Shown one piece after another: positions 1-12,300 of a stretch of 64,000 nt of DNA (positions are counted from its first letter, which is position 1; each line of letters starts with the position of its first letter). A program made the position numbers and the translations under genes. The notes under the pieces are model-generated. The model had not been told where the DNA came from. It was given only the letters and a program-made list of their open reading frames with translations, and searched no databases. This stretch comes from Antedon mediterranea (Eukaryota; Animalia; Echinodermata), in the NCBI RefSeq assembly GCF_964355755.1, contig NC_092680.1, forward strand, positions 11,532,001-11,596,000. Reading direction: 5' to 3'.

Positions 1-3000
1 TGATTTGTGTGAAAAGTTTTAACGAAATGCTCAAAATGGTCAAAAACGGTTTCTAAATGTGATTTTAAGCACTTTGATGTTTTGTGTAACCAAGTTTTTT
101 CGAAAATCACTAAATGGTCTAAAACGTCTCCAAATGCGATTTGAGGATATTCTGAGCACTTTGGTGTTTTATGTTAAAAAGTTTTTTCGAAAATCACAAA
201 ATGGTCTAAAACGTCTCAAAATGCGATTTGAAGCTAATCTGTACACTTTGATGTTTTGTGTGAAAAAGTTTTGTCGAAATGCTCAAAATGGTCTAAAACG
301 TTTTTAAAACGATATTAAGCTATTTTGTGCTCTTTGATGTTTTTGTGTAACCAAGTTCATCGAAATCAACAAAATGGTCTAATACGTCTCCAAATGCGAT
401 TTGAAGCTTTTCAAGCACTTTGCTGTTTTTATGTTAACAAGTTTTTTCGAAAATCACAAATGGTCTAAAACGTCTTCAAATGCGATTTGAAGCTATTCTG
501 TAGACTTTGATGTTTGTGTGAAAAAGTTTTGTCGAAATGCTCAAAAATGGTCTAAAACGTTTTTAAATACGATATTAAGCTATTTTGTGATCTTTGATGT
601 TTTTGTGTGAAAAGTTTTATCAAAATGCTCAAAGTGGTCTGAAACGGTTTCTAATGCGATTTGAAGCTATTCTGTACACTTTGAAGTTTTGTGTGAAAAA
701 GTTTTCTCGAAATGCTCAAAATGGTCTAAAACGTTTTTATATACCATATTAAGCTATTTTGTCACTTTGATGTTTTTTGTGAAAAGTTTTATCGAAATGC
801 TCAAAATGTCTAAAACGGTTTCTATTGGGATTTTAAGCACTTTGATGATTTTGTGTAACCAAGTTTCATCGAAATGTACAAAATGGTCTAAACGTCTCCA
901 AATGCGATTTGAAGCTATTCTAAGTACTTTGTGTTTTTTATGTTAACAAGTTTTTTCGAAAATCACAAAATGGTCTAAAACGTCTTTCAAATGCGATTTG
1001 AAGCTATTCTGTACACTTTTATGTTTTGTGTGAAAAAGTTTTGTCGAAATTCTCAAAATGGTCTAAAACGTTTTTAAATACATATTAAGCTGTTTTGTGC
1101 ACTTTGATGATTTGTGTGAAAAGTTTTACGAAATGCTCAAAATGGTCAAAACGGTTTCTAATGTGATTTTAAGCACTTTGATGTTTTTGTGTAACCAAGT
1201 TTTTTTCAAAAATCACAAAAATGGTCTAAAACGTCTCCAAATGCGATTTGAAGCTTTCTAAGCACTTTGGTGTTTTTATGTTAACAAGTTTTTTCGAAAA
1301 TTACAAAATGGTCTAAAACGTCTCCAAATGCGATTTGAAGATATTCTGAGCACTTTGTGTTTTTATGTTAAAAAGTTTTTTCGAAAATCACAAAATAGTC
1401 TAAAACGTCTCCAAATGCGATTTTGAAGCTATTCTGTACACTTTGATGTTTTGTGTGAAAAAGTTTGTCGAAATGCTCAAAATGGTCTAAAACGTTTTAA
1501 AACGATATTAAGCTATTTTGTGCTCTTTGATGTTTTTTTGTAACCAAGTTTCATCGAAAATCACAAAATGGTCTAAAACGTCTCAAAATGCGATTTGAAG
1601 CTTTTCTAAGCACTTTGGTGTTTTTATGTTAACAAGTTTTTCGAAAATCACGAAATGGTCTAAAATGTCTCCAAAGCGATTTGAAGATATTCTGAGCACT
1701 TTGGTGTTTTTATGTTAAAAAGTTTTTTCGAAAATCACAAAATGGTCTAAAACGTCTCCAAATGCGATTTGAAGCTCTTCTGTACACTTTGATGTTTGTG
1801 TGAAAAGTTTTGTCGAAATGCTCAAAATGGTCTAAAACGTTTTCAATACGATATTAAGCTGTTTTGTGCACTTTGATGATTTGTGTGAAAAGTTTTAACG
1901 AAATGCTCAAAATGGTCTAAAACGGTTTCTAATGTGATTTTAAGCACTTTGGTGTTTTTATGTTAACAAGTTTTTTCGAAAATCACAAAATGGTCTAAAA
2001 CGTCCTCCAAATGCGATTTGAGATATTCTGAGCTCTTTGGTTGTTTTTTTGTTAAAAAGTTTTTTCGAAAATCACAAAATGGTCTAAAACGTCTCCAAAT
2101 GCGATTTGAAGCTATTCTGTACACTTTGATGTTTTGTGTGAAAAAGTTTTGTCGAAATGCTCAAAATGGTCTAAAACATTTTAAATACGATATTAAGCTA
2201 TTTTTGTGATCTTTGATGTTTTTGTGTGAAAAGTTTTATCGAAATGCTCAAAATGGTCTAAAACGGTTTCTAATGTGATTTTAAGCACTTTGATGATTTT
2301 GTGTAACCAAGTTTCATCGAAATGTACAAAATGGTCTAAAACGTCTTTAAATGCGATTTGAAGCTATTCTAAGTACTTTTGTGTTTTTATGTTAACAAGT
2401 TTTTTCGAAAATCACAAAATGGTCTAAAACGTCTTCAAATGCGATTTGAACCTATTCTGTACACTTTGATGTTTTGTGTGAAAAAGTTTTGTCAAATGCT
2501 CAAAATGGTCTAAAACGTTTTTAAAACGATATTAAGCTATTTTGTGCTCTTTGATGTTTTTGTGTAACCAAGTTTCATCGAAAATCACAACATTGTCTAA
2601 AACGTCTCCAAATGCGATTTGAAGCTTTTCTAAGCACTTTGGTGTTTTTATGTTAACAAGTTTTTTCGAAAATCACAAAATGGTCTAAAAGTTTTCAAAT
2701 GCGATTTGAAGCTCTTCAGTACACTTTGATGTTTTGTTTGAAAAAGTTTTGTCGAAATTCTCAAAATGGTCTAAAACGTTTTTAAATTCGATATTAAGCT
2801 GTTTTGTGCACTTTGATGATTTGTGTGAAAAGTTTAACGAAATGCTCAAAATGGTCTAAAACGGTTTCTAATGTGATTTTAAGCACTTTGATGTTTTTGG
2901 TGTAACCAAGTTTTTTTCGAAATCACAAAATAGTCTAAACGTCTCCAAATGCGATTTGAAGCTTTTCTAAGCACTTTGGTGTTTTTATGTTAACAAGTTT

Positions 3001-3354
3001 TTTCGAAAATCACAAAATGGTCTAAAACGTCTCCAAATGCTATTTGAGGATATTCTGAGCACTTTGGTGTTTTTTGTTAATAAGTTTTTTCGAAAATCAC
3101 AAAATGGTCTAAAACGTCTTTCAAATGCGATTTGAAGCTATTCTGTAGACTTTGATGTTTTGTGTGAAAAAGTTTTGTCGAAATGCTCAAAATGGTCTAA
3201 AACGTTTTAAATACGATATTAAGCTATTTTGTGATCTTTGATGTTTTTGTGTGAAAAGTTTTATCGAAATGCTCAAAATGGTCTAAAACGGTTTCTATTG
3301 TGATTTTAAGCACTTTGATGATTTTTGTGTAACCAAGTTTCATCGAAATGTACA

Positions 3355-6300
3355 AAATGGTCTAAAACGTCTCCAAATGCGATTTGAAGCTATTCTAAGT
3401 ACTTTTGTGTTTTTATGTTAACAAGTTTTTTTCGAAAATCACAAAATGGTCTAAAACGTCTTCAAATGCGATTTGAAGCTATTCTGTACACTTTGATGTT
3501 TTGTGTGAAAAAGTTTTGTCAAAATGCTCAAAATGGTCTAAAACGTTTTTAAAACGATATTAAGCTTTTTTGTGCTCTTTGATGTTTTTGTGTAACCAAG
3601 TTTCATCGAAAATCACAAAATGTCTAAAACGTCTCCAAATGCGATTTGAAGCTTTCTAAGCACTTTGTGTTTTTATGTTAACAAGTTTTTTCGAAAATCA
3701 CAAAATGGTCTAAATCGTCTCCAAATGCGATTTGAAGCTCTTCTGTACACTTTGATGTTTTGTTTGAAAAAGTTTTGTCGAAATTCTCAAAATGGTCTAA
3801 AACGTTTTTAAAATACGATATTAAGCTGTTTTGTGCACTTTGATGATTTTGTGTGAAAAGTTTTAACGAAATGCTCAAAATGGTCTAAAACGGTTTCTAA
3901 TGTGATTTTAAGCACTTTGATGTTTTTGTGTAACCAAGTTTTTTCGAAAATCACAAAATAGTCTAAAACGTCTCCAAATGCGATTTGAAGCTTTTCTAAG
4001 CACTTTGGTGTTTTTATGTTAACAAGTTTTTTCGAAAATCACAAAATGGTCGAAAACGTCTCAAAATGCGATTTGAGGATATTCTGAGCACTTTGGTGTT
4101 TTTTTGTTAAAAAGTTTTTTCGAAAATCACAAAATGGTCTAAAACGTCTCCAAATGCGATTTGAAGCTATTCTGTACACTTTGATGTTTTGTGTGAAAAA
4201 GTTTTGTCGAAATGCTCAAAATGGTCTAAAACGTTTTTAAATACGATAATAAACTATTTTGTGATCTTTGATGTTTTTGTGTGAAAAGTTTTATCGAAAT
4301 GCTCAAAATGGTCTAAAACGTTTTTTAAAACGATATTAAGCTATTTTGTGCTCTTTGATGTTTTTGTGTAACCAAGTTTTCATCGAAAATCACAAAATGG
4401 TCTAAAACGTCGCCAAATGCGATTTGAAGCTATTCTGTACACTTTGATGTTTTGTGTGAAAAAGTTTTGTCGAAATGCTCAAAATGGTCTAAAACGTTTT
4501 TTAAAAACGATATTAAGCTATTTTGTGCTCTTTGATGTTTTTGTGTAACCAAGTTTCATCGAAAATCACAAAATGGTCTAAAACGTCTCCAAATGCGATT
4601 TGAAGCTTTTCTAAGCACTTTGGTGTTTTTATGTTAACAAGTTTTTTCGAAAATCACAAAATGGTCTAAAACGTCTCCAAATGCGATTTGAAGCTCTTCT
4701 GTACACTTTGATGTTTTGTTTGAAAAAGTTTTGTCGAAATTTTCAAAATGGTCTAAAACGTTTTTAAATACGATATTAAGCTGTTTTGTGCACTTTGATG
4801 ATTTGTGTGAAAAGTTTTAACGAAATGCTCAAAATGGTCTAAAACGGTTTCTAATGTGATTTTAAGCACTTTGATGTTTTGTGTAACCAAGTTTTTTCGA
4901 AAATCACAAAATAGTCTAAAACGTCTCCAAATGCGATTTGAAGCTTTTCTAAGCACTTTGGTGTTTTTATGTTAACAAGTTTTTTCGAAAATCACAAAAT
5001 GGTCTAAAACGTCTCCAAATGCGATTTGAGGATATTCTGAGCACTTTGGTGTTTTTTTGTTAAAAAGTTTTTTCGAAAATCACAAAATGGTCTAAAATGT
5101 CTCCAAATGCGATTTGAAGCTATTCTGTACACTTTGATGTTTTATGTGAAAAAGTTTTGTCGAAATGCTCAAAATGGTCTAAAACGTTTTTAAATACGAT
5201 ATTAAGCTATTTTGTGATCTTTGATTTTTTTGTGTGAAAAGTTTTATCGAAATGCTCAAAATGGTCTAAAACGTTTTTAAAACGATATTAAGCTATTTTG
5301 TGCTCTTTGATGTTTTTGTGTAACCAAGTTTCATCGAAAATCACAAAATGGTCTAAAACGTCGCCAAATGCGATTTGAAGCTTTTCTAAGCACTTTGGTG
5401 TTTTTATGTTAACAAGTTTTTTCGAAAATCACGAAATGGTCTAAAATATCTCCAAATGCGATTTGAAGATATTCTGAGCTCTTTGGTGTTTTTATGTTAA
5501 AAAGTTTTTTCGAAAATCACAAAATGGTCTAAAACGTCTCCAAACGCGATTTGAAGCTCTTCTGTACACTTTGATGTTTTGTGTGAAAAAGTTTTGTCGA
5601 AATTCTCAAAATGGTCTAAAACGTTTTTAAATACGATATTAAGCTGTTTTGTGCACTTTGATGATTTGTGTGAAAAGTTTTAACGAAATGCTCAAAATGG
5701 TCAAAAACGGTTTCTAATGTGATTTTAAGCACTTTGATGTTTTTGTGTAACCAAGTTTTTTCAAAAATCACAAAATGGTCTAAAACGTCTCCAAATGCGA
5801 TTTGAAGCTTTTCTAAGCACTTTGGTGTTTTTATGTTAACAAGTTTTTTCGAAAATCACAAAATGGTCTAAAACGTCTCCAAATGCGATTTGAAGATATT
5901 CTGAGCACTTTGGTGTTTTTATGTTAAAAAGTTTTTTTGAAAATCACAAAATAGTCTAAAACGTCTTCAAATGCGATTTGAAGCTATTCTGTACACTTTG
6001 ATGTTTTGTGTGAAAAAGTTTTGTCGAAATGCTCAAAATGGTCTAAAACGTTTTTAAAACGATATTAAGCTATTTTGTGCTCTTTGATGTTTTTGTGTAA
6101 CCAAGTTTCATCGAAAATCACAAAATGGTCTAAAACGTCTCAAAATGCGATTTGAAGCTTTTCTAAGCACTTTGGTGTTTTTATGTTAACAAGTTTTTTC
6201 GAAAATCACGAAATGGTCTAAAATGTCTCCAAATGCGATTTGAAGATATTCTGAGCACTTTGGTGTTTTTATGTTAAAAAGTTTTTTCGAAAATCACAAA

Positions 6301-9300
6301 ATGGTCTAAAACGTCTCCAAATGCGATTTGAAGCTCTTCTGTACACTTTGATGTTTTGTGTGAAAAAGTTTTGTCGAAATGCTCAAAATGGTCTAAAACG
6401 TTTTTAAATACGATATTAAGCTGTTTTGTGCACTTTGATGATTTGTGTGAAAAGTTTTAACGAAATGCTCAAAATGGTCTAAAACGGTTTCTAATGTGAT
6501 TTTAAGCACTTTGATGTTTTTGTGTAACCAAGTTTTTTCGAAAATCACAAAATAGTCTAAAACGTCTCCAAATGCGATTTGAAGCTTTTCTAAGCACTTT
6601 GGTGTTTTTATGTTAACAAGTTTTTTCGAAAATCACGAAATGGTCTAAAATGTCTCCAAATGCGATTTGAAGATATTCTGAGCACTTTGGTGTTTTTATG
6701 TTAAAAAGTTTTTTCGAAAATCACAAAATGGTCTAAAACGTCTCCAAATGCGATTTGAAGCTCTTCTGTACACTTTGATGTTTTGTGTGAAAAAGTTTTG
6801 TCGAAATGCTCAAAATGGTCTAAAACGTTTTTAAATACGATATTAAGCTATTTTGTGATCTTTGATGTTTTTGTGTGAAAAGTTTTATCGAAATGCTCAA
6901 AATGGTCTAAAACGGTTTCTATTGTGATTTTAAGCACTTTGATGATTTTGTGTAACCAAGTTTCATCGAAATGTACAAAATGGTCTAAAACGTCTCCAAA
7001 TGCGATTTGAAGCTATTCTAAGTACTTTTGTGTTTTTATGTTAACAAGTTTTTTCGAAAATCACAAAATGGTCTAAAACGTCTTCAAATGCGATTTGAAG
7101 CTATTCTGTACACTTTGATGTTTTGTGTGAAAAAGTTTTGTCAAAATGCTCAAAATGGTCTAAAACGTTTTTAAAACGATATTAAGCTATTTTGTGCTCT
7201 TTGATGTTTTTGTGTAACCAAGTTTCATCGAAAATCACAAAATGATCTAAAACGTCTCCAAATGCGATTTGAAGCTTTTCTAAGCACTTTGGTGTTTTTA
7301 TGTTAACAAGTTTTTTCGAAAATCACAAAATGGTCTAAAACGTCTCCAAATGCGATTTGAAGCTCTTCTGTACACTTTGATGTTTTGTTTGAAAAAGTTT
7401 TGTCGAAATTCTCAAAATGGTCTAAAACGTTTTTAAATACGATATTAAGCTGTTTTGTGCACTTTGATGATTTGTGTGAAAAGTTTTAACGAAATGCTCA
7501 AAATGTTCTAAAACGGTTTCTAATGTGATTTTAAGCACTTTGATGTTTTTGTGTAACCAAGTTTTATCGAAAATCACAAAATAGTCTAAAACGTCTCCAA
7601 ATGCGATTTGAAGCTTTTCTAAGCACTTTGGTGTTTTTATGTTAACAAGTTTTTTCGAAAATCACAAAATGGTCTAAAACGTCTCCAAATGCGATTTGAA
7701 GCTATTCTAAGTACTTTTGTGTTTTTATGTTAACAAGTTTTTTCGAAAATCACAAAATGGTCTAAAACGTCTTCAAATGCGATTTGAAGCTATTCTGTAC
7801 ACTTTGATGTTTTGTGTGAAAAAGTTTTGTCAAAATGCTCAAAATGGTCTAAAACGTTTTTAAAACGATATTAAGCTATTTTGTGCTCTTTGATGTTTTT
7901 GTGTAACCAAGTTTCATCGAAAATCACAAAATGGTCTAAAACGTCTCCAAATGCGATTTGAAGCTTTTCTAAGCACTTTGGTGTTTTTATGTTAACAAGT
8001 TTTTTCGAAAATCACAAAATGGTCTAAATCGTCTCCAAATGCGATTTGAAGCTCTTCTGTACACTTTGATGTTTTGTTTGAAAAAGTTTTGTCGAAATTC
8101 TCAAAATGGTCTAAAACGTTTTTAAATACGATATTAAGCTGTTTTGTGCACTTTGATGATTTGTGTGAAAAGTTTTAACGAAATGCTCAAAATGGTCTAA
8201 AACGGTTTCTAATGTGATTTTAAGCACTTTGATGTTTTTGTGTAACCAAGTTTTTTCGAAAATCACAAAATAGTCTAAAACGTCTCCAAATGCGATTTGA
8301 AGCTTTTCTAAGCACTTTGGTGTTTTTATGTTAACAAGTTTTTTCGAAAATCACAAAATGGTCGAAAACGTCTCAAAATGCGATTTGAGGATATTCTGAG
8401 CACTTTGGTGTTTTTTTGTTAAAAAGTTTTTTCGAAAATCACAAAATGGTCTAAAACGTCTCCAAATGCGATTTGAAGCTATTCTGTACACTTTGATGTT
8501 TTGTGTGAAAAAGTTTTGTCGAAATGCTCAAAATGGTCTAAAACGTTTTTAAATACGATAATAAGCTATTTTGTGATCTTTGATGTTTTTGTGTGAAAAG
8601 TTTTATCGAAATGCTCAAAATGGTCTAAAACGTTTTTAAAACGATATTAAGCTATTTTGTGCTCTTTGATGTTTTTGTGTAACCAAGTTTCATCGAAAAT
8701 CACAAAATGGTCTAAAACGTCGCCAAATGCGATTTGAAGCTATTCTGTACACTTTGATGTTTTGTGTGAAAAAGTTTTGTCGAAATGCTTAAAATGGTCT
8801 AAAACGTTTTTAAAACGATATTAAGCTATTTTGTGCTCTTTGATGTTTTTGTGTAACCAAGTTTCATCGAAAATCACAAAATGGTCTAAAACGTCTCCAA
8901 ATGCGATTTGAAGCTTTTCTAAGCACTTTGGTGTTTTTATGTTAACAAGTTTTTTCGAAAATCACAAAATGGTCTAAAACGTCTCCAAATGCGATTTGAA
9001 GCTCTTCTGTACACTTTGATGTTTTGTTTGAAAAAGTTTTGTCGAAATTTTCAAAATGGTCTAAAACGTTTTTAAATACGATATTAAGCTGTTTTGTGCA
9101 CTTTGATGATTTGTGTGAAAAGTTTTAACGAAATGCTCAAAATGGTCTAAAACGGTTTCTAATGTGATTTTAAGCACTTTGATGTTTTTGTGTAACCAAG
9201 TTTTTTCGAAAATCACAAAATAGTCTAAAACGTCTCCAAATGCGATTTGAAGCTTTTCTAAGCACTTTGGTGTTTTTATGTTAACAAGTTTTTTCGAAAA

Positions 9301-12300
9301 TCACAAAATGGTCTAAAACGTCTCCAAATGCGATTTGAGGATATTCTGAGCACTTTGGTGTTTTTTTGTTAAAAAGTTTTTTCGAAAATCACAAAATGGT
9401 CTAAAATGTCTCCAAATGCGATTTGAAGCTATTCTGTACACTTTGATGTTTTATGTGAAAAAGTTTTGTCGAAATGCTCAAAATGGTCTAAAACGTTTTT
9501 AAATACGATATTAAGCTATTTTGTGATCTTTGATGTTTTTGTGTGAAAAGTTTTATCGAAATGCTCAAAATGGTCTAAAACGTTTTTAAAACGATATTAA
9601 GCTATTTTGTGCTCTTTGATGTTTTTGTGTAACCAAGTTTCATCGAAAATCACAAAATGGTCTAAAACGTCGCCAAATGCGATTTGAAGCTTTTCTAAGC
9701 ACTTTGGTGTTTTTATGTTAACAAGTTTTTTCGAAAATCACGAAATGGTCTAAAATATCTCCAAATGCGATTTGAAGATATTCTGAGCACTTTGGTGTTT
9801 TTATGTTAAAAAGTTTTTTCGAAAATCACAAAATGGTCTAAAACGTCTCCAAACGCGATTTGAAGCTCTTCTGTACACTTTGATGTTTTGTGTGAAAAAG
9901 TTTTGTCGAAATTCTCAAAATGGTCTAAAACGTTTTTAAATACGATATTAAGCTGTTTTGTGCACTTTGATGATTTGTGTGAAAAGTTTTAACGAAATGC
10001 TCAAAATGGTCAAAAACGGTTTCTAATGTGATTTTAAGCACTTTGATGTTTTTGTGTAACCAAGTTTTTTCAAAAATCACAAAATGGTCTAAAACGTCTC
10101 CAAATGCGATTTGAAGCTTTTCTAAGCACTTTGGTGTTTTTATGTTAACAAGTTTTTTCGAAAATCACAAAATGGTCTAAAACGTCTCCAAATGCGATTT
10201 GAAGATATTCTGAGCACTTTGGTGTTTTTATGTTAAAAAGTTTTTTTGAAAATCACAAAATAGTCTAAAACGTCTCCAAATGCGATTTGAAGCTATTCTG
10301 TACACTTTGATGTTTTGTGTGAAAAAGTTTTGTCGAAATGCTCAAAATGGTCTAAAACGTTTTTAAAACGATATTAAGCTATTTTGTGCTCTTTGATGTT
10401 TTTGTGTAACCAAGTTTCATCGAAAATCACAAAATGGTCTAAAACGTCTCAAAATGCGATTTGAAGCTTTTCTAAGCACTTTGGTGTTTTTATGTTAACA
10501 AGTTTTTTCGAAAATCACGAAATGGTCTAAAATGTCTCCAAATGCGATTTGAAGATATTCTGAGCACTTTGGTGTTTTTATGTTAAAAAGTTTTTTCGAA
10601 AATCACAAAATGGTCTAAAACGTCTCCAAATGCGATTTGAAGCTCTTCTGTACACTTTGATGTTTTGTGTGAAAAAGTTTTGTCGAAATGCTCAAAATGG
10701 TCTAAAACGTTTTTAAATACGATATTAAGCTGTTTTGTGCACTTTGATGATTTGTGTGAAAAGTTTTAACGAAATGCTCAAAATGGTCTAAAACGGTTTC
10801 TAATGTGATTTTAAGCACTTTGATGTTTTTGTGTAACCAAGTTTTTTCGAAAATCACAAAATAGTCTAAAACGTCTCCAAATGCGATTTGAAGCTTTTCT
10901 AAGCACTTTGGTGTTTTTATGTTAACAAGTTTTTTCGAAAATCACGAAATGGTCTAAAATGTCTCCAAATGCGATTTGAAGATATTCTGAGCACTTTGGT
11001 GTTTTTATGTTAAAAAGTTTTTTCGAAAATCACAAAATGGTCTAAAACGTCTCCAAATGCGATTTGAAGCTCTTCTGTACACTTTGATGTTTTGTGTGAA
11101 AAAGTTTTGTCGAAATGCTCAAAATGGTCTAAAACGTTTTTAAATACGATATTAAGCTATTTTGTGATCTTTGATGTTTTTGTGTGAAAAGTTTTATCGA
11201 AATGCTCAAAATGGTCTAAAACGGTTTCTATTGTGATTTTAAGCACTTTGATGATTTTGTGTAACCAAGTTTCATCGAAATGTACAAAATGGTCTAAAAC
11301 GTCTCCAAATGCGATTTGAAGCTATTCTAAGTACTTTTGTGTTTTTATGTTAACAAGTTTTTTCGAAAATCACAAAATGGTCTAAAACGTCTTCAAATGC
11401 GATTTGAAGCTATTCTGTACACTTTGATGTTTTGTGTGAAAAAGTTTTGTCAAAATGCTCAAAATGGTCTAAAACGTTTTTAAAACGATATTAAGCTATT
11501 TTGTGCTCTTTGATGTTTTTGTGTAACCAAGTTTCATCGAAAATCACAAAATGATCTAAAACGTCTCCAAATGCGATTTGAAGCTTTTCTAAGCACTTTG
11601 GTGTTTTTATGTTAACAAGTTTTTTCGAAAATCACAAAATGGTCTAAAACGTCTCCAAATGCGATTTGAAGCTCTTCTGTACACTTTGATGTTTTGTTTG
11701 AAAAAGTTTTGTCGAAATTCTCAAAATGGTCTAAAACGTTTTTAAATACGATATTAAGCTGTTTTGTGCACTTTGATGATTTGTGTGAAAAGTTTTAACG
11801 AAATGCTCAAAATGTTCTAAAACGGTTTCTAATGTGATTTTAAGCACTTTGATGTTTTTGTGTAACCAAGTTTTATCGAAAATCACAAAATAGTCTAAAA
11901 CGTCTCCAAATGCGATTTGAAGTTTTTCTAAGCACTTTGGTGTTTTTATGTTAACAAGTTTTTTCGAAAATCACAAAATGGTCTAAAACGTCTCCAAATG
12001 CGATTTGAAGCTATTCTAAGTACTTTTGTGTTTTTATGTTAACAAGTTTTTTCGAAAATCACAAAATGGTCTAAAACGTCTTCAAATGCGATTTGAAGCT
12101 ATTCTGTACACTTTGATGTTTTGTGTGAAAAAGTTTTGTCAAAATGCTCAAAATGGTCTAAAACGTTTTTAAAACGATATTAAGCTATTTTGTGCTCTTT
12201 GATGTTTTTGTGTAACCAAGTTTCATCGAAAATCACAAAATGGTCTAAAACGTCTCCAAATGCGATTTGAAGCTTTTCTAAGCACTTTGGTGTTTTTATG

